DNA of 63,076 nt, filler included, from Rhabdomonas costata (GCA_019059605.1; 43 parts of 43 records of this genome joined end to end with filler, not necessarily neighbours in it), one strand, 5' to 3'. Numbered from the whole stretch's first letter, positions 25,297 to 38,500 are shown. The notes: generated by a model not told the origin, from the letters alone. A program made the numbers and translations.

Positions 25297-26069
25297 CTCA
25301 GAGTTTGGGAGCACAAGCAAGCGACCGTCCAAAAGCTTCAGCCGAGTGCTGCGGACTCCCACGTCGACGACTTTCCCGTCACGGCCGCGAATTCTGACTC
25401 TGTGGGAGAGAAAAGCGTTTTGCAGCACTGAAACGAATCATAACGTGTGCATCGACATACATAGCCCTTGACAAGTCTGCTAAAAAGACTTTCTGATCTC
25501 TTCTTTACGACATTGTCTTTCAGGATAACAGAAGTACCCAAAAGGATCCGGTATGAAAAGAAGTTTCACATTGCGTCAGGCAGCACTCACGAAATATGCA
25601 AGCAGACCCCCGGGCCTACTTCCGCTTCGGGCTGTTCAGTTGATCGACACTGTTATTTTCCGAGCCACAAATAAACACCACAACCGGCCGAGGGTGACAG
25701 ATTGGGGAACCCCCCAGTTGTATGGGCAAAAGACCCCGGCCTGCTTCGGCTCCGCCCTCTGATTTTTTCCTCTTGTACCTGCTCTACAGAAAAATGGAGG
25801 CAAGATGGAAGCCAGAGAGACAGACAAAGAGACAGAGACTGTGTGTGTGTGTGCGCGCGCGCGAAAGAAGCAACCGATCGCCGATCTCGAAAGGTTTATC
25901 AAAGAACAGCACAGGCGCGGCCATAAGGTTGCTGAGGGTTTCCTTCGCAGCCAGGGCGAAGGCCAGACCGCCCGCGCCCATCCCGTACAGCACAGCGTTC
26001 AGGCTGACCCCATGAAGGTGGGCCACGGCGCGCCAGGCCGTGCTCCAGATCAGGAAGGTCACGCCAAGC
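25297..26069 (-). CDS. MscS-family mechanosensitive channel; exons 26069-25875 and 25399-25297
   Basis: GMGAGGLAFALAAKETLSNLMAAPVLFFDKPFEIGDR|VRIRGRDGKVVDVGVRSTRLKLLDGRLLVLPNS is the MscS TM3/beta-domain signature. A GT-AG intron splits the R codon. Confidence 0.93.
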
Positions 26070-26518
26070 CTACACACGAGGTTTGTGGACTGGAACCGAG
26101 GGAGGATGGGCTCGACTCGAAATGTACACCGCTGTCGCTTGATTGATGTTTGCCAGAACAAGATACTTCATATTAAAAATTTTCAACTCAACATGCAAAA
26201 CTGCAACGCCAACCATCTGCACTATTGCGTCAATATCAATCAAATCTTGCAACGTGAAGATACACGCCATGTCGAAACTCCGAGACTTCTTTCAACGCCC
26301 GGATCACACTTACGAATGATCATTCTGTTTAGTCTTCATGAGAAAATCCCGAATCTCCCCNNNNNNNNNNNNNNNNNNNNNNNNNNNNNNNNNNNNNNNN
26401 NNNNTTAATTAATTAANNNNNNNNNNNNNNNNNNNNNNNNNNNNNNNNNNNNNNNNNNNNGTGTTGTTGGTACATCTAGATGTCGTTTTGTTTTCCTAGC
26501 GGTAATTTATGTTTCGAC

Positions 26519-26608
26519 TTTGTTTGTTTGTTTGTTTGTTTGTTTGTTTGTTTGTCTGTTTGCTACCTTGCTCTCTTGTTTGTTTGGTTTGGTTTGGGTT
26601 GGGTTGGT
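26519..26608. repeat. (TTTG)n and (TTTGG)n simple repeats
   Basis: Directly visible at the start of an AT-richer, apparently non-coding contig. Confidence 0.85.
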
Positions 26609-27931
26609 TCAAGTTGGTTATGTTTCGAAACGCTCTCTTTTGTGTGCAATCGCTTCTCTGTTATTTGGTGTTTTTATTGCAACAAACTCTTTCGGACAAC
26701 TGTTTAGACCTTTAAATACTCTATCTTTGTTAGGAACTCAGAGTGAACTAGTTAGAATAGATTTAACTCAATACAAACTCAACGTGACACTCATGAACTT
26801 CAAAATAATATGACCACACACCATATCGATTTTGCATGTTCCATCGTGTTTCACTCGCATGCAAAGCAAATATGAACCATGCTTTTTTATCATCAGGACT
26901 CTGTAAATGTAATCCGTCAATGTTCTTGTATCACGTAGACTATTGTGGTGCTTTATTGCAAAAGAGGCTTGCGCGTTCAAACTATTCACGTATAATGACG
27001 CAATCGTGTATAATTTATTCACATATAGTCACGCTAAAATTATTGAACAACTCCAGAAACAAAACAAAGCAAATACTGCAACAGTGTAGTACAACAGCGC
27101 AGATCGTGGAAAAGAACGGTAAGAGAATGATTCATGCCACATGCCAAGTAGTTATAGCACTTTATTATGCAAACTCGTAAATGAACGTGGAGACACAGTA
27201 TAGGCACAAAGAGAATACAACTCAGCCTCATACGTTTTTACTTGCCCAGCATTCCATTATGTTCAACGTATACTTCGATGATCAATCCTCACCACTCAGG
27301 AATCACTAAATACGCAAAACCTCACGTAATCAGTTTGTTTGAGCAAAAGCTCCAAACATTCTTGTCTATGAAACGCACTGGTATTGGTGAAAGATGGAGA
27401 GCGGTTTTCATCAGTGTCATCTAAATTCTGTCGTTTATATAATGTCGATAAGTCATTTCAGACAAATTGTCATGAAAGAAGCATGAACCAAAAAACCTAC
27501 TTAGCATTCGGTGTACAATTAAACTCACACCCACACATGCGTTGTTCAACCGCAAAAACAAAGTGGCATATTTCATGCGATCTTCACGATTTAATGTCTT
27601 TGAGTTTTACAAATTTCCCACCAACATCAGCCTTCGGGTCACACAACGTATAGTTGCTGTATATAATAGCTTCATGTTTTGATAAGACATGTGGTTGACA
27701 GTTTTTATTTGTACATGATTTTACGACAGTTTTGTTTGCAGTAATTTTAGTGTGTCCTGTGTGTAGATGACACAATAGGCGTAATGACAGTACTGGGAGC
27801 GTTTGACGTTTGCTTTCTGCCAGTGCATGACNNNNNNNNNNNNNNNNNNNNNNNNNNNNNNNNNNNNNNNNNNNNTTAATTAATTAANNNNNNNNNNNNN
27901 NNNNNNNNNNNNNNNNNNNNNNNNNNNNNNN

Positions 27932-28171
27932 CGTGGGATGGCCTACTTCTACTTCAGCATCAGCTACGACCTCAACACAGTGTTCCTGCTGCTGCAGTTC
28001 ACCCGGGTGGTGCTTTCCTGGGGGGTTTCTCTGGGGGTGTGCGTGGCCGCGCCCGGGCTGATCGGGGTCACAGAAGCAGAGCGAGCAGCGCTGCTGCAGC
28101 CTCGTGGCATCGCGGTGAAGGGCGTGGGGACTGTCCTGGTCTGCGCAGCGGTGTACATTATGCAGGGGTAG
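27932..28171 (+). CDS. 3' end of a multi-pass membrane protein (unassigned)
   Basis: GC-rich hydrophobic frame AYFYFSISYDLNTVFLLLQFTRVVLSW...KGVGTVLVCAAVYIMQG ending in TAG. Confidence 0.5.
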   Translation, partial: RGMAYFYFSISYDLNTVFLLLQFTRVVLSWGVSLGVCVAAPGLIGVTEAERAALLQPRGIAVKGVGTVLVCAAVYIMQG

Positions 28172-28902
28172 GCTTCCGGCTTTTTGACGGGGCTCACCCC
28201 GTTGGGTTTGTACAGTACGGTGGGGGATCGGTGCTCCAGGTCTGCCTTTGGCCGCTGGAAGCCAGGTTGTCAGGCACGCCACCTTGAGAAGCTTCAGAAG
28301 GATTATGGGGAAGGGACGTGGTAACAGTTTTTTGGTTTGTGCTGCAATGGGACTGCACCTCGTCGCCTTCGTTTGTGATGTTGGCGGATCGTCTCCGGCT
28401 GTACAGCTGGATTTTGCTTGGTGGGTGCCATACCTCCGTTTTCGCACCACTATTCAACAGGAGTAGCAGTGTTTTCTGCTCCTTGGGCACCTACACACAG
28501 CGTCGCTCTTTTGTGGACGACGCCAAAAACTCCTTTGACCCCAACTCTCAAGCATTTTGCCTCTCAACCAGTAAGCAGTGCACCAACCGCGACGCCGTCT
28601 GGCTGCTACAAACTATGCCAGCTCTTTTGGAGCCTGAGGTGCACCTCAAGGGGTGCATGTGCGGTTGTGCCCAATAGGTCCTTCACGTACCTCCGAGATA
28701 TTATGGGCAGTAATACCAAGCGTTGGGATGTCACTGAAGAAGACCAAAAGACCCTTTTTCGTCATCCCCCTTTTTCTTTCGCAGTCCGAAGAGGGGTACA
28801 CATCCTTGCCCATAAGTTTGCATCAATGCCTTTCATGACGTTTTGCGCTCAGCACTTTTTTTGCTGTTTGTTTCCCCCTTTTTTTTTTGCGCGTGCGTGT
28901 CA

Positions 28903-29211
28903 ATGATCCGAGCGGCGTTACTGACGGGAGGGGCAAGCTCGCCCTTGGGGGATGAGGACCTCTCCTCCCCTCAGGTGGACCGCTCCCTGGCGCGCAGCTT
29001 CCTGTCCCGGGTGGAGCTGAAGTTCTCGATCTCTGGCACGGGGGACAGGGACCGGGACCGAGACGAGAGCTCGGAGGAGGTCGAGGGGATGGAGATGGAC
29101 CTCTTCTCGCTGAAGAGGAAGCGGTTCCGGGTCATCACGCTGGCCTGCGAGCCGGAGGTCTGCCGGTGCTACGGGATGGACGAGTTCCCTCTGCTGATGA
29201 AGCTCTTGAAG
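28903..29211 (+). CDS. Exon of an unassigned protein (5' boundary uncertain)
   Basis: Strong G/C third-position bias, open frame ...RKRFRVITLACEPEVCRCYGMDEFPLLMKLLK, donor AAG|GTATCG. Confidence 0.5.
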
Positions 29212-31179
29212 GTATCGTGAGCATTGCTGTTTCTTGCTCGTGCGGGTCTGCCCACCGAGATTCCTCAAGCAATGTACAGCGCTGTTGCACCCCACAACCC
29301 NNNNNNNNNNNNNNNNNNNNNNNNNNNNNNNNNNNNNNNNNNNNTTAATTAATTAANNNNNNNNNNNNNNNNNNNNNNNNNNNNNNNNNNNNNNNNNNNN
29401 GGTGGTTGGGGGGAATCGTTGCACTGTGAGAAGTATGAAGGTTTTGGGGGAAGACAGAGAAAGTGAGCTGGATCGGAAAGTGAAAAAAGAAGCTTCTGCG
29501 GGGAAGAAAGAAAGGAATTTACGACACAGTCTGCTGCGGGCATTTTAATGATTACCATTTTTCTAGCGCGCATATCTACGACATCGCACGGCAGAACGCG
29601 CAAAATGTTAGCACCCATGGCTCACACGGCTGTCTCCCGTACGTCACCGCCGCCACATAGGATGACACCCCCCCAAAATCACCCCAGTCCTACCACAACA
29701 AAAATATGACCACAAAAGCATGAGCTGTGTGAAAGCAACTTGAGCATTTTCTGACTTCCACTGCTCACCTACCTTTTTCAACAGAACAGAACAGGAAATG
29801 GAACGGCAGGTGCGATGCTTCACTCCTGCCATTAGCATTTTGGCGAGATCCACTTTCTAAAGAACTTCCCGGGCAAAAATTAACCCCGTTGGTGGAATCG
29901 ACCTCAGCCGCACAGGATTCAAATGATACTTGAAAAATGAGGCCCAAACCACAGATACCCTTTGAATTGCATGCCAAAGCCAGCTCAAGCCACACGCCAG
30001 TACTTGAAGGGTGCGCTGGGACGACAGGGGAAATGGAAGGTACTGGAAAGCGGACCGAACCGAGAGTGCAGTCAAAGCATGCCCAACCCCGAATCTGAAG
30101 ATATGGACGCCGTCCAACACGCGCACCCGTCGAGAGAGAGAAAGGCCATGCAACCACAGGAGAGAAGAAGAAACGAAACGAAAGAGCAAGGTGTTCAAAA
30201 ATGGGGGCAATGCACGAACCAAAGCTGACGTTTGCGTCGAGTCACTATCATCGTTGCCCCACCCATATCTGCACAAATTCTCATCACAGAAAGGACAGGC
30301 GAGATCTATTTTGAACGATGCGGTGATGCTCGTCTTGGAATTTCCAACGGTGTCACGGTGCCATTTGCAACCTGCGTCACTCTCAGGTTGGGGGGTTGAC
30401 TGAAAGGACTACACCCCCGGTCCTCCAGTAACCTGAAAAGAGCATGGCCTGCAGCTTCTGCAGGAGTTCAACCGCGTGAAGCTCGAGCTTCTCCTGCCCC
30501 ACACGGTGGAGCCGTGCCGCCAACATCACCTGAGCACACAAAAGGGCACACACAACACTCCAACCGGACAGGTACTCAGAAAAGATTCCCATGTTACTTG
30601 CGAGTGTAGCTCCCATACGTTTTCATCAGCCAGATTCTAAAGTTACATGTAATATTACAACCAAATTCTAATGTTAATTTTACAGCGCATATTAATGCGG
30701 CAAGCAAACATGAGCCTGAAGGGTCTGTATTTCCCCAACTAGTAAAACGTGCGTGATGGAAACACCCCCNNNNNNNNNNNNNNNNNNNNNNNNNNNNNNN
30801 NNNNNNNNNNNNNTTAATTAATTAANNNNNNNNNNNNNNNNNNNNNNNNNNNNNNNNNNNNNNNNNNNNCGTGCGGTGTTTGGCTGGACTTGCCTTGATT
30901 CGTGCTGTTTGGCTCTTGCTGTGCTCACCTTGCTTCTGCGCACAAGCCGGGAATAGTGGAAAGCTGTGAAAGGCCAAATGGCACACCCACAACCCCAAAC
31001 ACATGCAAGAAAGAGGAAATTAAACACACCACCCTTCAACCCATTGCTTTAAGTCAACATCAAACTACTACTTCAACACGTCAGGTCAAAAAGCCACAAA
31101 ACACTTCCAAAGCCCTTTTTTTGATCCTCCAACTCGATGTAGAAAGTCTTGAAGATTCCACTCAACGTAATCTTCTTTA

Positions 31180-32240
31180 AAATCTGCGGCAATCTCGACC
31201 ATCACTACATCGTCGTCGGAATCCTTCGAACTTCTTAGAAATTCTTTGCTCCACCGCGTTCTCCTCGTCGAACTCTTTCAAGATAGTCCTTGTACGAATG
31301 CAAAGTCCTCCGCTTTCAACTGTCTGCTTGCGATTCGAGACTTTTCCCGCCACGCCCGGCTTCTTACTGAGCCTCCGGCGCTCCAACTCTACGAAAACCG
31401 CCTCTCATCTCAATTTCTCTGCTACTTTCTCTTCTCCTTGCTTTCCTTCATCTTACGAACCTGCAATCTTCTGAAAACGCCGCTTCTTCCTTTTGGCTGC
31501 CCTTCCATTTGCCTCCTGGCTTCTCTTTCACTTGGCTTTTTGCTCAAACTCCGCCTTTTGACTGCTACTACTGCTGGCTCTTTTGATTCTCTTTTGCTCC
31601 CTCCCTTTTTATCCCTGCTTCTCTTTGTCCCTCTTTCTCTCCGCTTCGGCCTCCTTTGGCCCACTTTTCTCTCTCCTGATATATGCTCTCGCTCTCTGCT
31701 TCTGGCTTTTCTGTCCTTTTTGGCTCGGGCTGCTCTTCTCTTTTCTCTTTGCCCTGTCTTCCTTTCCTCTGCGCTGACATCGGCTTCGGGCTGCCTCTCC
31801 TCTCGCGGGGTTGTTCTTCTTCAGCTTCTCGTCCGGCTCTGCTTCTTCTCGTCGGCTTGCCCTCCTGCACCGGGGTCCCACTGCGCTTTTCCAAGGCCTT
31901 CTCCTCAACTGTCGCTGATGGCGCTGCTGGCCGGGGCCTTGCTGCCTCAACCCGCCGCCTGCTGTACTTTGCCGCCCCCTTCCTGTCCTCCCGGGGCTGC
32001 TTTCAACGGCCTTCTCGCTTAACTTCTCCAAACCTGCGCGGCCAACTCGTCGTGTGCTCAGCTCTGCGGCCTTGTCCTCCTCAACGTCGTCCTCCTTCTT
32101 GTTTTCCGCCGCCTTCGCTGCCACTCTGCTCAAAGCTTCAGCTTGACCGCCTCTGCTCCTAAAACTCTCTTTCTGAAACCTTTCCTTTGATAAACCTGCT
32201 TTCCACACTTGCTTCTCCACTAGCCTTTGCTCTGCACCAC
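31180..32240 (-). pseudogene. Purine-rich K/E/R coiled-coil-like low-complexity region, apparently frameshifted
   Basis: Strong C/T strand skew on the plus strand. Charged helical-looking peptides switch among minus frames with interspersed stops. Confidence 0.3.
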
Positions 32241-32342
32241 NNNNNNNNNNNNNNNNNNNNNNNNNNNNNNNNNNNNNNNNNNNNTTAATTAATTAANNNN
32301 NNNNNNNNNNNNNNNNNNNNNNNNNNNNNNNNNNNNNNNNGG

Positions 32343-33572
32343 GGGTGGGTTGTGGGGCAGCTGGTCTTTGGTAGCCTTGCGGATTTCATCGGCCGCAAGC
32401 TCATTTTCATTCAGACCCTGCTGCTGATTATCCTCGGGGCTATTGGCTCTTCCCTTTGCTTTTCCACCTCTTCCTTTTCGATTTATCACCAGCTTGCCCT
32501 GTGGCGGTTTCTGCTGGGAATCGGTGGGGGTGGAGAATACCCCCTTGCCGCCAGCATTGCTGCGGAAAACAGCACTGCCAATATTCGTGGTCGCGTCATG
32601 GCCGCTGTCTTCTCCATGCAAGGCGTAGGACAGCTGCTCGCGACGGTACTGGTCAATCTTCTGCTCGCTTTGGGTGCGAGCTACGAGTTTACATGGCGCT
32701 TTGCTCTTGCGTTTGGGGCACTACCTGCGATAACCATATCCTTCTTTCGAGTTAGGATGCACGAATCGGCCGACTTTGCGGTGGCGAAGGCGGCTCGGGT
32801 CAGCCATGGCAAGAACCTACATGCTGCCTTTAGCGTTTGGTGGCGTCAGATTTTGGGAACGGCTTCCACGTGGTTTCTCCTTGACATTTCTTTCTATGGC
32901 AACGGCCTCTTCAGCACCACCATCACCAGACTCATGGGCTTGGGCTCGTCGGTGGAAGCGACTGCGCTGGGCTCGTTGTACGTCACTCTGATGGCCATTC
33001 CTGGTTACTATTTCACAGTTGCCCTGCTGGACAAAGTGGGAAGATGGAACCTCCAGATGGGGGGTTTTCTGATGATCGGGATCCTCTTCGTGGTTCTTTC
33101 CGCGAATTTCTATTCGCTGCAGAAGGTTCCCGGGCTGTTCATTTTCATATATGGGCTGACGTACTTCTTCTCCAACTTTGGACCCAACAGCACCACTTAC
33201 ATAATCCCTGGAGAGTACTTCCCATCCCAGGTGAAGGCGACATGCCATGGCATCAGTGCGGCTTCTGGGAAGATTGGGGCTGCCATTGCGGGGTACGCAT
33301 TTCCTCCCCTCCTTGATGGAAGCCTCGGTCTCCAGGGAGTGCTCTACATTTGCGCAGGGGTTGGCTTTTTGGGGATGGTGTGCACCCTGCTTGTTCCGCG
33401 ATACAGCGCAGATCAGCTGGAGGAGATAAAGCAGATCCAGCTCCGTCGGTTTGAAACGTTTCGGGGCACCTTGCCTTCACCCAAGGCCGCAACAGAGACG
33501 AGGTTGGAGCTCAATGTGGTGATCAACGACAGACCGGAGTCTCCCCCTCCTGACACTGTGGCCTCCCCGTGA
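32343..33572 (+). CDS. Inorganic phosphate:H+ symporter (MFS, PHO84/Pht1 family), 5'-partial, intronless
   Basis: GQLVFGSLADFIGRK, RFLLGIGGGGEYPLAA, RGRVMAAVFSMQGVG, WFLLDISFYG, FFSNFGPNSTTYIIPGEYFP and HGISAASGKIGA are family motifs. Stop TGA at 33570-33572. Confidence 0.95.
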   Translation, partial: GWVVGQLVFGSLADFIGRKLIFIQTLLLIILGAIGSSLCFSTSSFSIYHQLALWRFLLGIGGGGEYPLAASIAAENSTANIRGRVMAAVFSMQGVGQLLATVLVNLLLALGASYEFTWRFALAFGALPAITISFFRVRMHESADFAVAKAARVSHGKNLHAAFSVWWRQILGTASTWFLLDISFYGNGLFSTTITRLMGLGSSVEATALGSLYVTLMAIPGYYFTVALLDKVGRWNLQMGGFLMIGILFVVLSANFYSLQKVPGLFIFIYGLTYFFSNFGPNSTTYIIPGEYFPSQVKATCHGISAASGKIGAAIAGYAFPPLLDGSLGLQGVLYICAGVGFLGMVCTLLVPRYSADQLEEIKQIQLRRFETFRGTLPSPKAATETRLELNVVINDRPESPPPDTVASP

Positions 33573-33589
33573 ATGCGCTTTGTTTGCAA

Positions 33590-33706
33590 TTGTTTTTGCA
33601 CTGCGGTGAAATTTCTCAACACGTTTTCCTTTGTGGGTGTCTGCAGTGTTCACAGATTGGCGGAAAGGAAAACGTGTTGAGAAATTTCACCGCAGTGCAA
33701 AAACAA
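33590..33706. repeat. 43-bp terminal fold-back inverted repeat
   Basis: 33590-33632 is the reverse complement of 33664-33706, at the contig end. Confidence 0.9.
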
Positions 33707-35665
33707 ACCNNNNNNNNNNNNNNNNNNNNNNNNNNNNNNNNNNNNNNNNNNNNTTAATTAATTAANNNNNNNNNNNNNNNNNNNNNNNNNNNNNNNNNNN
33801 NNNNNNNNNGGTTGTTTGTGAGAAGTTATGGTGACCACTGCAAGAACAGAAGGTAGGTGCTACAGCAAGAGCATGTGAAAGGGAAAGGGAGGGAAAATGG
33901 GAAGGCTGCTGGCCTTCTGGCAACAAAATCAAACTCGTGTTATGTTCACTCTTCAACAAGGGTTCTTTTGCATGTCTCCACTGAGGGTGACAGTTTATTG
34001 GAGTAGGTGACCGTAAACGGGGTTGGGTGTGGAAGTAGTGTTGGGGTTTAATCGGCGCAGCGTTTGCCTGAATCCTTCCGGTTCACAGCACCATCTCGGA
34101 GTGAGCCCTACCGATGCATTTGCTTCTTTCTGCATTTTTTTTTTCGGAATTACCACCTCACCCTCACACTCGTTAGAAATTGTAGTGAGAAGTGTTCTTG
34201 ACTTTTATATGGAATGCGAACACAACTCTGTTGCGTACTCTGTTTTTTTGCCTTCTCAGGTCCACAAGAGTGAGCCAGAGCTTTTCTGCAGGTCTCTGTG
34301 TTATGCTGTTCCCCGTTGTTATCCCATCCCGTTTTTTACTGCTGTTCTTTTCTTTGGGGGAGGGGGGTGAATTAAATGGCTCCACTTTCGAATGAGTATC
34401 AGTGCATGCATCTTCGATGGAATGTGCATGTGGTGCTGTGTTCTGGCATCCCCGATGACTGTTGTCCAAGATTTGAGTTTGGCCCAGTGGCCAGTTTTTA
34501 ACAGTTCCTTTTTTCTTCTTGTGTCTGACTGTCACCATTTTTGGATGCTCTGTACTGACTTTTTTGAAAACGCCTTTCTTTTTGAGCTCGTTTCTGAGCC
34601 GTACCCAAGCACTCATTATTATGCTGTCGCGTGATCATCCTTTTCCATTGAGCAATGGGTTCGTCTCTGAGAAGTACATATCTTATGCGCATTTGCGCGG
34701 TACTTCGTTCTTATTGAGGGTGTTTCTTTGACCCGCTGTGGAGTGGCTATGGCCGATATGTCTCATTCCCACTGTGGAGTCATCATGGTGATCGAGCTCG
34801 ACGACAGAGCGCCGTCCGCAGCCGCCATGTGACAGCCGCCTATGTTGAGTTCGACCAAAGGCAGCCATGTCGGTTTCGCATTACAAAGGGAAGCCGTAGA
34901 TTGCATTGTGCACTGGTGCATTGGCCCGTGCGCTGGGGACTGTGGGCAGATATGACCTGTGGTCTGTGTCTCACCTGAGATCTCCTCAATGTGAAGTGCA
35001 GCAGCTAAAGTATGGAACACACAGGAGAGAACAGCCTTTTCAATTTTCTTTTGTTTTTTTTTCTTTCTGTATCTCTTTCTCGAAGGTTCTCGAGTTGCGA
35101 GAAAGTATCGCCGGGTGGAGATTCAGGAGAACCGTCTCGCCTGGGACGATGTCGAGTTTACGAGCTACAACCCACACANNNNNNNNNNNNNNNNNNNNNN
35201 NNNNNNNNNNNNNNNNNNNNNNTTAATTAATTAANNNNNNNNNNNNNNNNNNNNNNNNNNNNNNNNNNNNNNNNNNNNTGCTTGCCGTGAAAATGCAAAA
35301 TTTCACCAAAGAAAACAACAAACAAGCACAATCAATCACCCATTCGCGCAACACTGCTTCTCTCACGACCGCTTCCCCACAAAGCCTTCAAAGGCCAAGG
35401 AACGCACTTGATTTCTGGAGGAGCCGGTTTAGGCACAGGGACGCTCCCTGCCCCAGAATGTGAGGAGGAGCCCAAGTCGATCATGCTCAGCTCCATGCTG
35501 ATGGTGGCGTCCGCTGCTAAGGGGGTCCCCGCCTTGTGGAGCTTTTGCTGAAGGTGAAAGAACGCAGAGGAAAGAACCGCAGTGGTTCTGTGTACACTGC
35601 AAGTTGAACACCAGAGCGGCAGCCCTTGAGGAGGTTGAAAACGGACAAAAAAAGTGACAGGACAC

Positions 35666-36617
35666 CTTTCCGTCCTCCTTCCCATTGACGAAGTTCCCGG
35701 CATAGTAGTCACCATTCTGGTACCGGTGAATGCCCTTGCCATGCTTGACCCCGTTCTTCACCTCGCCCTCATAGGTGTCACCGTTGGCCCACCGAAACAC
35801 ACCCTGGAGCGATATAAGTTCAGCGAAGCAATGCAAACACCACATGAGAATAAAACATGGGGAAGCAGCCAAACCTTGCCTTCCTTGACATCATTTTTGT
35901 AGTCCCCATCGTAACGGTCACCGTTCGGCCACACATAAAGGCCCTGTAAAACGCAAAGCATGAAAGTACAAAGAAAAAAAGAGAAACAATACCCCAAGGT
36001 TGCTCCGGAGTATTAAATGCGAACCTTGCCCTCCTTTTTCCCATCCACCCATTCCCCCTCATAGTATTCTCCGTTTGGAAGAGTCTCTTTGCCCTGAAAT
36101 AAAAGACACGCAGAAGGCCACCTGCTTTCGGCATACCAATGAAATCGAAAAAAAAAAATGCAGCAAAAAAGCTACCCGGCCGTGTTTCTTGTCTCTCCTC
36201 ATCTCTCCTTCATAGACGCGCCCGTCTCTCAGACGAAGTACTCCCTGAAAAATCCAAGGAAACACAGAAACACACGGAGCAGATTCATAACCAAACAGTA
36301 AAAAGGTGAATGGGGCTTCAGCTAACCTTTCCGTGCATCTTATCTTGAACCCAACCACCCTCATAAACGTTCCCGTTTTTGAACGTCATCTTTCCCTGTG
36401 GGCCAGAAGAAGGAAGGTGGTTCTGAAAGCAAAAAAAAAAAAAGGAGAAGAGAAGAGAAGCGAACCAGCAGAGGCAAACCTTTCCGTCAGCTTTGTCATC
36501 TTTCCACTCCCCTTCATAAACGTCTCCGTTGGCCCACCGAAACGTACCGTATCCCTGCTGCACGTTATTCACCCAGTCACCTTCGTAAATATCTCCGTTG
36601 TCCCACGTGAACTTTCC
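35666..36617 (-). CDS. MORN-repeat protein; exons 36617-36480, 36395-36327, 36244-36176, 36093-36025, 35943-35875, 35803-35666
   Basis: Eight 23-aa units of type GxxxWxNGDxYEGEWxxxxxxGK, separated by five phase-0 GT-AG introns of 71-84 nt. A further probable exon starts at 35547. Confidence 0.95.
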
Positions 36618-38500
36618 CTGAGCAAAGAAAGAACAGTTATTCAAGCTNNNNNNNNNNNNNNNNNNNNNNNNNNNNNNNNNNNNNNNNNNNNTTAATTAAT
36701 TAANNNNNNNNNNNNNNNNNNNNNNNNNNNNNNNNNNNNNNNNNNNNGGGGTTGTGGAGGAGTTCCAAAAATGAAAATTTCGGAAACTTCCGTTTCTCGG
36801 TTTTTTGGGTTCTTGCACAATTCATTCGGATTGTGTACAGCATTGTTGCTTAGGCAGTTCGAAACGGTATGGCCAGGAATGGAGGAAAGCGAAAGAAAGA
36901 AGGAGAAAGGATGAGAAGAGGTGATGAGGCGAAGAAAAGAAAGTATGGAAAAACCAGATGGTGACAAGACGCGGTGACTGCAGTTCAGGGAAGGGTGCTG
37001 AGGCTGGAGGCAAATGTGGTTGCTGAAGGCTTGGGTCGGGGTGGTCAACCAGTTTCCTACGCACGCGCATAGAGCGCACAGTTTTTGCTAAATGTGTAAT
37101 GAGGGGGTGGAGGCGTTGGGGAGGGCAATGGTGTTCTCCGCAGGTCGTTCAGCTGAGGCCGAGGGTGCTGCAGCTGAATATTGTTCGCTCTTCTCCAGGT
37201 GCAGCCCCGATACGCGCACGCGCGTTTTCACTAGAAATCCATTGCAGGCAGCTCTTTGAGAGCTGCCTTGTATTTTTATATGGGTAGTTTAGGATTTCAG
37301 GATTTTTCCGTTTGAATTGGATGGGGGCAAGCTCGGAGAGGGTGGATAGCCCCTGCTCCTCTTCCCGCGTGGCCTGGTTTAGACACCGCTTAGAACGGCA
37401 ATATTTTGCAATTTTACTTGAGCCTTCTCCACCTTGACAACGCAAATCCCAAACACAATATGCGCAGAGTACCTGACTTTCCTCCCGTCCCGGCAGCGGG
37501 GAAAAATCACCTCCCTCCCCCACCCACACGCGCTCGAACTCAGAGGAGTCGGACCGCTCCTTCTCTTTCTCCTCAGCTGCCTTCTCCTTCTCGTGGCTGA
37601 AGAAGAGGGGGGTTCGCTACCGGTTGGGCTGCGCTGACGCTGCCACGGCTACGGACTTAGCAACGCTTCTGACGCGCCCGGAGTGATTCGTTTTGAGTGC
37701 GGGTGGGAATTTGGGACCTCGGCAAGGGGGCCCTTCCAGCTGAGTTGTGACTTCTGCGGTCTGGGGCACCTTGGTCTAAGTTTTCAGTTTTCCGTCCGAA
37801 GACGAGTGTTGACCGACCGCGAAGCTGGACTACAGTGTTTGATTTGGTTCCAACCTTTTCGCCTCATTGCGGATTCGTAAGAGGTTGGCGAAAGACGCGA
37901 TGCAAAGCGCTCCATTCTCAAAGGTGAAATAAGTCCATTCTGCGTGCGCTCATTCTCCGGAAACGTAACCAAGCGTTGAGAGGAGGATCACTGGTGTCCG
38001 CAGGCAATGAAGTAAAAGGCAGTCAACCTTCCCCTTTTTCTGTCTCCCGCTTGCCCTCTGCAGACCTGTCAATCTTTTCCGTGCATTTTTTTTAGCAGTG
38101 TTCTGGCCAAGAGTACCNNNNNNNNNNNNNNNNNNNNNNNNNNNNNNNNNNNNNNNNNNNNTTAATTAATTAANNNNNNNNNNNNNNNNNNNNNNNNNNN
38201 NNNNNNNNNNNNNNNNNGGGGGGTGTTGTTGTCACCCGCATCGTGCAGCAAGCCCAGGAGCCTCTCTTTGGGTCTTTGAGGTGCCGCAGATCCGGAGGTT
38301 CCAATTTTTCCCAACTTGTCCGAATGAAGTGCTCGCCTTTGCCTTCGTTATTCCGCCAGCAGGGAAAGTCCCAACGGTTACGCAACCCAACCAAGCAGCG
38401 TGCTTTTGGCTTCTCTCCCGAATGCAATTCAAACTTCAGAACCTCCTGTGATGTTCTGTGATATTCCACTCAGCATAGTTAGAATTTGGCCCCTTCTCAG

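Noticed and set aside
31246..32022. 258-aa Leu/Ser/Phe-rich ORF as a membrane protein
   Set aside because: It is an antisense by-product of the C/T-skewed low-complexity strand.
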